A DNA stretch of 63,790 nucleotides, the filler included, from Octopus bimaculoides (taxonomy: Eukaryota): the NCBI RefSeq assembly GCF_001194135.2. It is 5 parts of 5 records of this genome, joined end to end, with 100 filler letters (N's around TTAATTAATTAA, not from the genome) between each part and the next. Parts side by side here need not be neighbours in the genome. Positions count along the whole stretch, not along the records: positions 1 to 30,932 come from NC_068993.1; positions 31,033 to 48,745 come from NC_068986.1; 3 more parts are not named here. One strand, given 5' to 3'. Both the position numbers and the translations under genes were made by a program. The notes under the pieces are model-generated. The model did not search any database, had not been told where the DNA came from, and was given only the letters and a program-made list of their open reading frames with translations. Of this stretch, positions 27,830 to 38,789 are shown one piece after another. Positions within the stretch are counted from its first letter, which is position 1. Every line of letters starts with the position of its first letter.

Positions 27830-28190
27830 AGATCCCACAGGGACTTTGGCAAGATATTAAGCAGCTCTGGACCCTTGAAATCGAACCCGAGTTATTGCAG
27901 TACCAGGTTCTTAGTCAAGACAGTGTGGCTGGGGCCTTTGGCACTATACATCGGCGTCTTGCTCGGGATTGTTATAACTCCCAATTCGGTGCCAGCCCCT
28001 CTTGGATCTCTTATATGCATACTACTTCATATGATTCCTGTCGTCGCTTCAGTCTTTCAGCCTTTCACAGTAGCAAATCTTCTAGGTGTAGCACCATTGA
28101 ATCGCTTGGAGTTCCTTATTCCTTTGATATTATGCGGTGACCATAGTTGTGAGTTGTATCCAAACGCCTGAGGACAATTTTCTTCTATAG
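27830..28190 (-). mobile_element. CR1/L2-group LINE ORF2 C-terminal fragment
   Basis: With frameshifts: YNSQLWSPHNIKGIR..AIQWCYT..ERRQESYEVVCI*EIQEGLAPNW..FKGPELLNILPKSLWD. Confidence 0.75.
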
Positions 28191-28899
28191 AGAGCCATCA
28201 TAGTTTCTTGGCTTCCTGGCCCCTATTTTTAAAGTAACACGTACACACATTCACATGTACTCTCTCTTTCTCTCTTTCTCTCTTTCTCTCTCTTTCTCTT
28301 TCTCACACACACCCGCATACATGTGCACGTATCTTGTGTAAACCCAATGAAATTCAAGTAATTTTTTTTTTGTCTTAGGACAAGATATCATTCTATGCAA
28401 CATTTCTCTTTACGTAACTGTCAGATATTGGAGAACTGGTAACAGATATTCTTTGAATGTCATATGGAAAATACCAGCAACATTATATACAAAATAATAT
28501 ACATAAAACAAAAACAAAAAAAAACAACATATATTTATTCCGTAGCAACTTTATGTTGAAGTGTCCGGTGCTAATCTTCGTCTTTCGCAAAACTTCTCTT
28601 CTCATTGATACATTTATCAGTTATGGAGTCACACAGTAGTGAAACATTTTAAAGCAATTTGCATTGAATATTAAAACCAGAAATTTTATGAAAACTTGCA
28701 AGAGCTCTTCGGTTTTATAAGGAAGAAAATGTTCACTTGCGAAAACATTGGTCTTTTGTTCTCTCTATCTCTTCACAAACACTGCATCATATTTGCATAT
28801 TTAGATTCATGAATACTGATGGGAAGGTTTAATCGTATTGTTGTCTTTTGTTTTCTTATTTTTGTAATTTGTTCGTGTTTTGATTTTTCTGGTTGTTGA

Positions 28900-29045
28900 T
28901 GCCAGTTATGGTAATGCTGCTAGTGGTGGTTGTGGTGGTGGTTGTGGTGGTGGTGGTGGTCGTCGTCGTCGTCGTTATTTTGGTGTCGGTGGTGGTATTG
29001 GCGGTGTTCTTGTGGATGCCAGGAGTTTTCGTGGTTGATATACCG

Positions 29046-29083
<38 letters not shown>

Positions 29084-29790
29084 ATGGTTGTTGATGTTGT
29101 TGCTGTTGTTGTTGCTGCTGCTGCTGCCGCTGTTGATGCTGTCGGTGGCGGTGGTGGTGTTGGTGGTGTTGCCGTCGGCGCTGCTGGTCTTGCTGACTGA
29201 TATGTTGTTTGCGTGGTTGTTGTTGTTTTTGGTATTGCTGNNNNNNNNNNNNNNNNNNNNNNNNNNNNNNNNNNNNNNNNNNNNNNNNNNNNNNNNNNNN
29301 NNNNNNNNNNNNNNNNNNNNNNNNNNNNNNNNNNNNNNNNNNNNNNNNNNNNNNNNNNNNNNNNNNNNNNNNNNNNNNNNNNNNNNNNNNNNNNNNNNNN
29401 NNNNNNNNNNNNNNNNNNNNNNNNNNNNNNNNNNNNNNNNNNNNNNNNNNNNNNNNNNNNNNNNNNNNNNNNNNNNNNNNNNNNNNNNNNNNNNNNNNNN
29501 NNNNNNNNNNNNNNNNNNNNNNNNNNNNNNNNNNNNNNNNNNNNNNNNNNNNNNNNNNNNNNNNNNNNNNNNNNNNNNNNNNNNNNNNNNNNNNNNNNNN
29601 NNNNNNNNNNNNNNNNNNNNNNNNNNNNNNNGTGGTGGTGGTGGTGGTGGTGGTTGTTATAGTATTGACGCTGGTTGCTTTTTGTTTATGATATTGATGG
29701 TGATGGTGATGGTGATGGTGATGGTGATGGTGATGGTGGCAGTGATACTGGTGGTGGTTGTCGTCATCGTGATCGTGGTGATGGAGTAAT
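28900..29790. repeat. GTN/GAT/GCT trinucleotide low-complexity tract spanning a gap
   Basis: Direct reading; explains the 298-aa poly-V/L ORF. Confidence 0.9.
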
Positions 29791-30065
29791 TTTCATCGTG
29801 GCTTTGTTGCCGATGTCGTGGTCGCTGTTTCCGGTCATGCAACTAGATGTGATTTGCAATCTATCATAGATTCTTATACTGGTTAATATTCGGACAGCGA
29901 ACGCTAGTTTTAACTGATAGCTACAGACAGTGTGTCTTGTAATACGGGTAACTGTTATAGGATATTAACTGCTACTGTAATGGTGGCGATGGCACTGTTG
30001 GCTGTTATTCTGCTGGTACATCTAATGGTCATGTCGGTGGTGGATATAGTGTTGGTAGTGGTGGG

Positions 30066-30352
30066 CGAAGGCGCGTGGCTTAGTGGTTAGTCGTGAGGTC
30101 GATCCCTGACGGAGTATTTTTTTCCTTGCGCAAGATGTTTTTGTTCTCGTTGCTCCGATTCACTCAAATGGTAATAATGAGTTTACCTGTAATTCAAAGG
30201 GCCAGCCTTGTCACATTTTGTGTTACACTGAATTTCCCTGAGAACTACGTTAAAGTTATGCGGGTCTGTGCAGTACTCAGCCACTTGCACGTTATTTTCA
30301 CGAGCGGTCTGTTTCATTGATCGGATCAACTTCACCCTTCGTCAAAGCCGAC
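30066..30352 (+). mobile_element. SINE family C (CORE-like)
   Basis: gcgcgtggcttagtggttag..aagggccagccttgtcacatt..ctgagaactacgttaaag..gccgacg. Confidence 0.85.
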
Positions 30353-30932
30353 GAAGAACAATTTACATATGATGATGATGATGGTGGTAGTGATAGATGT
30401 AGTGTTGGCATTCAGGTTGGTATTGGTGGTTATCACTCAGGTTATCACGTGGTTTAGTGGTTAGGCTAATCATGTTACCATCGAAAGGTCGTGAGTTCAA
30501 TTCCAGGCCGTGTGTTATCCCGATGGGCAACACAATTTATTTCATGTTACTCCAATTCACTCATCTGGTAAAAACGAGCAGCACCTGTATTCAGTCTGTT
30601 GATTAACAGCCCAGTCAAGATGGTATTTTCTTCATCTCCTACTCTTGTATTTGCACACATTTACAAAATGACTTTCTGAAGTGAACTTCCATTATGCAGC
30701 TGAGGAGTACATTTTCATTGCACATCTTATGTGCTGTTCTCACTACATAAATAAATGAAGTTTGTATGAAACGTACGTACTGCTATAACCTGATACATTT
30801 TTGTTGCCTTTCTTCAAATTTTATTCACCAAATCTCTTGATTTTGTTTTTGGTTTTTACCCTACCAAATTCTGGTGCCACATACATTTTAAGTACCACAT
30901 TTAATCTTTTGATTAAATCTATAATATTATAT

Positions 30933-31032
30933 NNNNNNNNNNNNNNNNNNNNNNNNNNNNNNNNNNNNNNNNNNNNTTAATTAATTAANNNNNNNNNNNN
31001 NNNNNNNNNNNNNNNNNNNNNNNNNNNNNNNN
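30933..31032. other. Artificial scaffold join: 44 N + TTAATTAATTAA + 44 N
   Basis: Identical 100-bp construct also at 48746-48845, 59706-59805 and 61710-61809. The 12-mer gives stops in all six frames. Confidence 0.95.
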
Positions 31033-31112
31033 TAAATCCTTTTTAGAAGTAGATGTTGAGGAGGGTGAGCAAAGGGAAAGTGATTTGTAGAACTAAAACA
31101 AACAAAAAAACA

Positions 31113-31522
31113 GACGTAAGAGTGGCTGTGTGGTAAGTAGCTTGCTTACGAACCACATAGTTCCGGGTTCAGTCCCACTGCGTGGCACCTTGGGCAAGAA
31201 TCTTCTTCTATAGCCTCGGGCCGATCAAAGCCTTGTGAGTGGATTTGGTAGACGGAAACTGAAAGAAGCCCGTCGTATATATGTATATATATATGTGTGT
31301 GTATTTGTTTGTGTGTCTATGTTTGTCCTCCCAACATCGCTTGACAACTGATGCTGGTGTGTTTACGTCCCCGTAACTTAGCGGTTCGGCAAAAGAGACT
31401 GATAGAATAAGTACTAGGCTTCCAAAGAATAAGTCCCGGGGTCGATTTACTCGACTAAAGGTGGTGCTCCAGCATGGCCACAGTCAAATGAGTGAAACAA
31501 GTAAGAGTAAAAAAGTAAAAGA
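31113..31522 (+). mobile_element. Full-length SINE family B (tRNA-like head, internal TA/TG microsatellite, (GAGTAAAA)-like tail)
   Basis: gtggctgtgtggtaag..ccttgggcaag..gtagacggaaactgaaagaagcccgtcg..(TA/TG)n..ctccagcatggcc..gaaacaagtaagagtaaaa. Confidence 0.9.
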
Positions 31523-31699
31523 CTACTTTCCGAAGTTAAAATATGCCTCAACAACGTGATGAATTTTATGATTCCCATTGGTTTACCGCTTTATCATTTT
31601 TGAATGAGATGGCAATGAAGCTTAATAGTTTTAATCTCGAGTTTCAAGAAGAAATGAAAACTATTTCACAGATGGCGTGTTCAGTAAATATAATCAGAT

Positions 31700-32609
31700 A
31701 TAGGCACAGGCTCGGCTGCGTGGTTAAGAAGCTCGTTTTGCAGCCACATGGTTTCCAGTTCAGTCCCACTGCGTGGCACCTTGGCAGAATGTCTTCCTCC
31801 ATAGTCCTGGGCCGACCAATGCTTGTGTGTCGATTTGGTATACAGAAACTGTGTGGAATCCCGTTGTATACACACACGCACACATATATATGCTCAAACT
31901 TCTTACGTTGTGTGGTAAGAGGCTCACTTCCGAACCATATGGTTCCACGTTCAGTCCCACTACGTGGGACCTTGGGCAAGTGTCTTCTACTATAGCCTCG
32001 GGCCGACCAAAGCCTTATGAGTAGATTTGGTAGATGGAAACTGAAAGAAGTCTGTCATATATATATATATATANNNNNNNNNNNNNNNNNNNNNNNNNNN
32101 NNNNNNNNNNNNNNNNNNNNNNNNNNNNNNNNNNNNNNNNNNNNNNNNNNNNNNNNNNNNNNNNNNNNNNNNNNNNNNNNNNNNNNNNNNNNNNNNNNNN
32201 NNNNNNNNNNNNNNNNNNNNNNNNNNNNNNNNNNNNNNNNNNNNNNNNNNNNNNNNNNNNNNNNNNNNNNNNNNNNNNNNNNNNNNNNNNNNNNNNNNNN
32301 NNNNNNNNNNNNNNNNNNNNNNNNNNNNNNNNNNNNNNNNNNNNNNNNNNNNNNNNNNNNNNNNNNNNNNNNNNNNNNNNNNNNNNNNNNNNNNNNNNNN
32401 NNNNNNNNNNNNNNNNNNNNNNNNNNNNNNNNNNNNNNNNNNNNNNNNNNNNNNNNNNNNNNNNNNNNNNNNNNNNNNNNNNNNNNNNNNNNNNNNNNNN
32501 NNNNNNNNNNNNNNNNNNNNNNNNNNNNNNNNNNNNNNNNNNNNNNNNNNNNNNNNNNNNNNNNNNNNNNNNNNNNNNNNNNNNNNNNNNNNNNNNNNNN
32601 NNNNNNNNN

Positions 32610-32655
<46 letters not shown>

Positions 32656-32880
32656 ACGTGCGTGTGTGTGTGTGTGTGTGTGCGTGTTTGGGATTCAGTT
32701 TGTCCATTCTACCGCTTGACAACCAGTATTGGTTTGTTTACGTCTTCGTCACCTAGCGGTTCGACAAAAGAGACCACCAGAATAAGTACCGGACTTGTAT
32801 ATAAGTATTAGACTAAACCCTTCAATTCAGTGCCCCAGCATGGTCGCAGTCCAGCGACTGACGCAAGTAAGAAGTAACAA
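31700..32880 (+). mobile_element. Two further family B copies, the second spanning the gap at its internal microsatellite
   Basis: Heads at about 31703 and 31905; 3' half at about 32690-32875. Confidence 0.85.
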
Positions 32881-33439
32881 ATAAAGATTATGGAAATCTC
32901 AAATAACAAACATATCAACATTTTCAAAGTTTAAATAAAAGTCTGCATTCTGGAAACTAAAGTCGCATTTAATGCTAATCACTATAAAGATAATCTGCGG
33001 AAGATTACTAATAATTCCCAAGATTGCTTTTATGATTTTTTCACAATTTTTTTCGCTAAGAACCTTCCTGATTACCTCCTTCGTAATCCCGAAAAATATC
33101 GTGACCATTGGTCCAACCATTTGACTGTGAAGAGGGAACAAACAGACAGACATTGCTGTTGTCGGCCAACTCACGTTCGTATCGAACGTATTCATAAATC
33201 TAGATTTGCAAGACACTGTCTCTAATATAGAGCATCTATTCAAATTAGACATGGAGATGGAAATTATTAGTTTGTAAAATGATTTGCGATTGAAAAATCT
33301 GTCAGGAAAACCATAATTATAGACATAAGTTGATAGGAACTTCCATTCTTGAAAGAAATCTATCAAAGATGAAACTCACATCATGGATTCTATCTATGTT
33401 TGTTAATTAGGGTTTCGATAATCTTTTATCTTTCACTAC

Positions 33440-33973
33440 TTTCAGTCTTTGGACAGAGGCCATGCCGGGGTACCGCTTGAAGGGGGTTTAGTCGAACAAA
33501 TCGATCCCAGTACTTCTTTTTAAGCTTGGAACTCTATCGGATATCTTCTTATTTCTTTATTGCCCACAAGGGGCTAAACATAGAGGGGACAAACAAGGAC
33601 AGACAAAGGGATTAAGTCGATTACATCGACCCCAGTGCGTAACTGGTACTTAATTTATCGACCCTGAAAGGATGAAAGGCAAAGACGACCTCGGCAGACG
33701 AAATACCGCTAAGCATTTTATCCGGCGTGGTAATGTTTCTGCCAGCTCGCCGCCCTTCGGATATCTTCTTGCCGAACTGCTAAGTTAGGAGGACGTTATC
33801 AAACCAAAACTTGTTGTCAAGCGGTGGTGGGGAGACACACAAGCATCAAANNNNNNNNNNNNNNNNNNNNNNNNNNNNNNNNNNNNNNNNNNNNNNNNNN
33901 NNNNNNNNNNNNNNNNNNNNNNNNNNNNNNNNNNNNNNNNNNNNNNNNNNNNNNNNNNNNNNNNNNNNNNNNN

Positions 33974-34028
<55 letters not shown>

Positions 34029-34113
34029 CGGACTTTTTTCAGCTTCAGTTTACCAAATCCACTAACGTGGCTTTGATCGGCCCGGGGACTATACTGGAAG
34101 ACATTTGTCAAAG
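33440..34113 (-). mobile_element. Family B-related SINE interrupted by a family A SINE (33551-33756)
   Basis: Perfect 14-bp TSD tcggatatcttctt at 33537-33550 and 33757-33770. Confidence 0.9.
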
Positions 34114-34545
34114 CTGCCCCGAAGATTTTAACATCCGAAGGCGGTGGTTTCGCAGATTCGTTAAAGCATTGGACACACTGTTCCTGGTGTTTAGTTATGA
34201 CTCTTTATGTACTGAATTCATATCTCAGTACGTAAACAAACAGAAATCTCATAAATCAAGTACTGGGTTGATTCGGATAATATATTATACATATTAAGGA
34301 AATTATAACAGAAAATGATGAACACGATTCCCTAATGCATATCCCATCTTAGTGACTTCATGAGATTAGCACTAAAAAAAATACAAACCAGATACTAAAA
34401 ATCATACCAAGGAAATGCAGTTTCAAGTAACTCATTAAAATATTTCTTCAACCTGTATTTAATAGTAATAACTTATATAATTGTACCTCCGTTTATCGCC
34501 ATGTCTGTAATTACAATTGCATACATACATACGTACATACATACA

Positions 34546-34612
<67 letters not shown>

Positions 34613-34734
34613 AATTTAATGCACGTAGTATAAAGATACGAGCTAATAATAGTTCCAGGCATTGGAGACGCAAATCTAGATAGGTTTTTATGACATGCCT
34701 GGTGTCTCCAAGCAATATTCAGGCTGAATCTCTG

Positions 34735-34778
<44 letters not shown>

Positions 34779-35464
34779 TGNNNNNNNNNNNNNNNNNNNN
34801 NNNNNNNNNNNNNNNNNNNNNNNNNNNNNNNNNNNNNNNNNNNNNNNNNNNNNNTATTAAGGTGCCAGCAGTACTTTATCACTAATGAAATGATGTGTTC
34901 GATATTCCCGGCGGCAAAGCTGCCTCTTATGAAGTGTAGCGTAATGAGGAAAGATTGCATTCAGTATCTTTTAAATAGGGACTGAATATATATATATATA
35001 TATATATATTCTTGATGGAGTGACATTCTTGATGGAGTGAACCAGGATATTTTAATCAAATAAAATTATACCCTTCATGAAAAAGAAAAAAAATTACATC
35101 ATCTAACTGTTTTAAAGAAAGGCAGGGGGAAAAACCTGGGATTTAGATTAATTGAAATTAATGAAATATAGATTTGAGTGGAGAGTGAGTCTAATCTTTA
35201 ACGGGGGAGAACTACGAACACGTTTTAGTGTTATTAGACCTCATCAGCAAAGTATAGTCTAACTGTTACTGCGAAATCTTTGAGAAAATGACTCTTTGGA
35301 ACCCAGAGAAGAGTATACACCTAATATATCCAAGACAAATTTTTTATGATATCTAATTACATTTTACTCAATTTTGTGTTTAACATTATGTCTTTTTTGT
35401 TTTTATCTAATTTCCAATCGTTTTGCTGTGCACTTTTCTATATATTGATATTTTTGTATGCTAG

Positions 35465-35548
35465 GTACATATGAACTTAAAGAAAAAAATCCTGTATTTC
35501 CAAGCAATGTTTCAATGTTCTTAGCTCCTCCTCCCCACCATGCTACAG
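35465..35548 (+). CDS. Candidate internal exon (phase 1-1), unknown protein
   Basis: T-rich tract ending gctag|G and CAG|gtatta donor; 84 nt open: GTYELKEKNPVFPSNVSMFLAPPPHHAT. Confidence 0.35.
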
Positions 35549-36232
35549 GTATTATATTATTTCCTCGAATTCGACACAGAACGCGTGGGGGAATTAATGA
35601 AGATCTAGCATCAACTGTTAATGTCCAACGTTGAGATAGACAGACAGATAGACAGATATACAAAACAGATAAGGAATCAGACACTCAGACAAATCGATAA
35701 ATCTAGTTACAATTCTCTTTCATCTTATATCTTTAGATCCAAGTCTCTCCACCACCTTAACCTGCCCCATCATCGCCATCGTCCCCACTCCCCATCATCA
35801 TCATCACGACCATGATCCTGATGATTATCATCATCATTATCATATCGCCCCTACAAGCAGTAGCAGAAGTAGCAGCAGCAGCAGCAGCAGCAGCACCACC
35901 ACCACCACCACCACCATCACCACATCATTCTACTACCATCACCTCATCATTCCCACACATCATCAAAAAAACTACCACCACTACCCACATACCCTCTATC
36001 CCAATTGTTTTTTTTTCCATCTTCCCCTTTCTTCTCACCATGTATTTCCATCAATGATTCATTCCGATCCCCTTCCCCCCACCCCCAAATTTTTCCCCTT
36101 TCTTTCTGGATTTCCTGAAAATCTATAATTTGGGAATATTTCTCTTGAGTGTATATAAAATTAGGGAAACCTAGAACATATCGTCTCCTTCGAGGGAACG
36201 AATTTTCATGTCGATAACGTTGTTGCTTCGTG

Positions 36233-36552
36233 AAAGAGTGTGGCTTAGTGGTTAGGGTATTCAGCTCACGGTCGTAAGGTCGTGAGTTCGATCCCAGCGG
36301 TGCGTTGTGTCATTGAGCAAGACATCTTATTTCATTTTGCTCCAGTCTACTCAGCTAGCAAAAATGAGTTGTTCTTGTATTTCAAAGAGCGGGCCTTGTC
36401 ACATTCTGTGTCACGCTGAATCTCCCTGAGAATTACGTTACGGTTGCGCGTATCTGTGGAGTACTCAACCATTTACACGTTATTTTCACGAGCAGGCTGT
36501 TCCGTTAATCGGGTCAATGGGAACACTCATCGTCGTAACTGATGGAGTGTCA
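36233..36552 (+). mobile_element. SINE family C
   Basis: gtgtggcttagtggttagggtattcagctcacggtcgtaagg..gtcgtaactgatggagtg. Confidence 0.9.
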
Positions 36553-36699
36553 AATGTTGTCGTTAAACCCAAGGCCCAGTTTGAACAGACATGCTCGAAG
36601 GCGTTCCAGACATGACCGTCCCGAGCCGCATTAAGATTTTGTATGCCCCAGGGCAACAAATACTATGAGGTCACCAGCGATAGTATTTTTTTTAACTAG

Positions 36700-36875
36700 T
36701 TTCAGTCATTGGACTGCCGCCATGCTGGGGCACCGAATTGAAGGGTTTAGCCGAACAAATTATCCTCAGGACTTATTTCGCTAAGTCTGGTACTTATTCT
36801 ATCGATTGTTTTGCCGAACTGCTATGTTATGAGGACATAAACAAACCAACACTGGTTGTCAAGTGGTAGTGGAGG

Positions 36876-36943
<68 letters not shown>

Positions 36944-36975
36944 GTCGAGCTTCTATGCAATTCCCATTTACCAAA
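36700..36975 (-). mobile_element. Family B-related SINE 3' portion with (CA)n
   Basis: tttcagtcattggactgccgccatgctggggcacc..ccgaactgcta..ggttgtcaag. Confidence 0.8.
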
Positions 36976-37287
36976 TGTATTAACAAGGCCGATTTAGCAC
37001 GCTGTTACAAAGCGAGCTTCCTAACCACGCAGAAATGCCTGCGAAAAAAAAAAAATAAAAGATGAAATCGATAGTTTTATGATCATGCATATCATCAAAT
37101 AAATCTGTTTTGTGACAAAATCTGAAAATTTTCCTGTGAAATTATGTGACAGATCATAAACACTGCATGACAACCTGGTCGTCCCTTACCCTCCATTCTT
37201 ATCAGTTCCGGAACAACTGTACCTACTCTCTTTGTTACTTAGTTTTCGTGAATTTAATTGGAAAAAGGTCCTTTTTTCATATCATTA

Positions 37288-37977
37288 CTCGAAGAACGCG
37301 GCGAGCCGGCAGAATCTTTAGCATGCCGGGCAAAATGCTTAGCGGTATTTCGTCTGTCTTTACATTCTGGGTACAAATTCTGCCGAGATCGACTTTGCCT
37401 TTCATCGTTTCAGGGTCGATAAATTAAGCACCAGTGAAACACTGAGGTTAATGTGATCAACTAGTCCCCTCCCCAGAAAATTCTAGGCCTTGTACCTTTA
37501 GCAGAAAGGATTATTGTTCGAAGTAGAACGCGGCGAGCTGGTTGAATCGTTGGCACGCCGGGCAAAATGCTTTGTGGTATTTCGTCCGTCTTCGTGTTCT
37601 GAGTTCAAAGGCCACTAGGCTAACTTTGCTTTTCATCATTTCGGGTCGATAAAATAAGTACCAGTTGAGTACTGAGGTCGATGTATTCAACTATCTCCAT
37701 CCTCTAAATTTCAGGTCTTGTGCCTTTAGTAGAAAAACTCGAAGTAGAACGCGGCGTGCTGGCAGAATCGTTAGAACGCCAGGCAAAATGCTTCGCGGTA
37801 TTTCGTCCGTCTTTACGTCCTGAGTTCAAATGCCACTGAGGTCGACTTTTGTCTTTCATTCTTTCAAGGTCGATAAAATATGTACTCATTGAGTACTGGG
37901 GTCAATGTAATCGACTTAACTTCCCCCGAAACTGCTGGACTTGTACCAAAATTTGAAACCATTATTGCTCGAAGTAG
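37288..37977 (+). mobile_element. Head-to-tail trimer of SINE family A
   Basis: Three ~220-230 bp units, each preceded by tcgaag(t)a(g)aac; a fourth tcgaagtag at 37969. Confidence 0.9.
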
Positions 37978-38399
37978 GAAATTTTGCATGAGTTCTTCAG
38001 AATTTGTGAGATGTTCTCAGGTTTTAGCGCGTAAAGCGATTGCCTACTTTGCTTAGTGCGCAGCGTCGGTTCTTCAATTCGTTCTTCCTTCTTCGTGTCG
38101 ATAAGCAGTGATTTCAAGGAATTTGGCATGGGCAACTTTTTCCGACAAGTAGTCGCATGCGACATGGCTCATCAGGCAGGCTGCACCAGTAAAAAAAGAA
38201 CAATCATGGTAATTAGCCGTTAGGCGTGCCGTTCAGAAAATCCCGCGGGCCGCAGTTTGCACATGACTGCAGTAGAACTTCCCCTTTTGAGTGTTTTTGC
38301 TGCTGTTGTCGCTGCTGTGTAATCTGATTGCAAATTTCATATATTTATATTCGTAAATCAACCACGAAAGCAAAGTAACATGTTATAGATTAACTTCAG

Positions 38400-38434
38400 A
38401 TCAACTTGGTCCAACGGATGAAAAAAGATCAAAG
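38400..38434 (+). CDS. Candidate micro-exon
   Basis: taacttcag|A..AAG|gtattc; open in phase 1 (DQLGPTDEKRSK) and phase 0 (INLVQRMKKDQ). Weak pyrimidine tract. Confidence 0.3.
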
Positions 38435-38620
38435 GTATTCCCGACAAAGCTATCTTTACCTGCTATCTTTTACTTGTTCCAGACTGCGGCCATGCTGGGG
38501 CACTGCCTTGAAGAAGTTTTAGTCAAATGAATCGACGCCGGTTGTTATTTTTTAAAACTTGGTACTTATTCTATCGGTCTCTTTTGCCGAATCGCTGTCG
38601 TCACTGTGTCAAGCGGTGGT

Positions 38621-38675
<55 letters not shown>

Positions 38676-38789
38676 GCTTATGTTCCATGCGCATTTTTGT
38701 TGATTAACCCCAAATCAGACCTAATTAACATACCTATTATCAATGATGTTCAAACTATGACCATCTCTTTATGTATGAAGACAGTAACA

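Noticed and set aside
31113-31200. tRNA-like A/B-box sequences
   Set aside because: They are SINE heads continuing into SINE bodies; no complete cloverleaf was seen.
37288-37977. CRISPR-like repeat-spacer pattern
   Set aside because: The intervening units are ~220-bp homologous SINE copies in eukaryotic DNA, not unique spacers.
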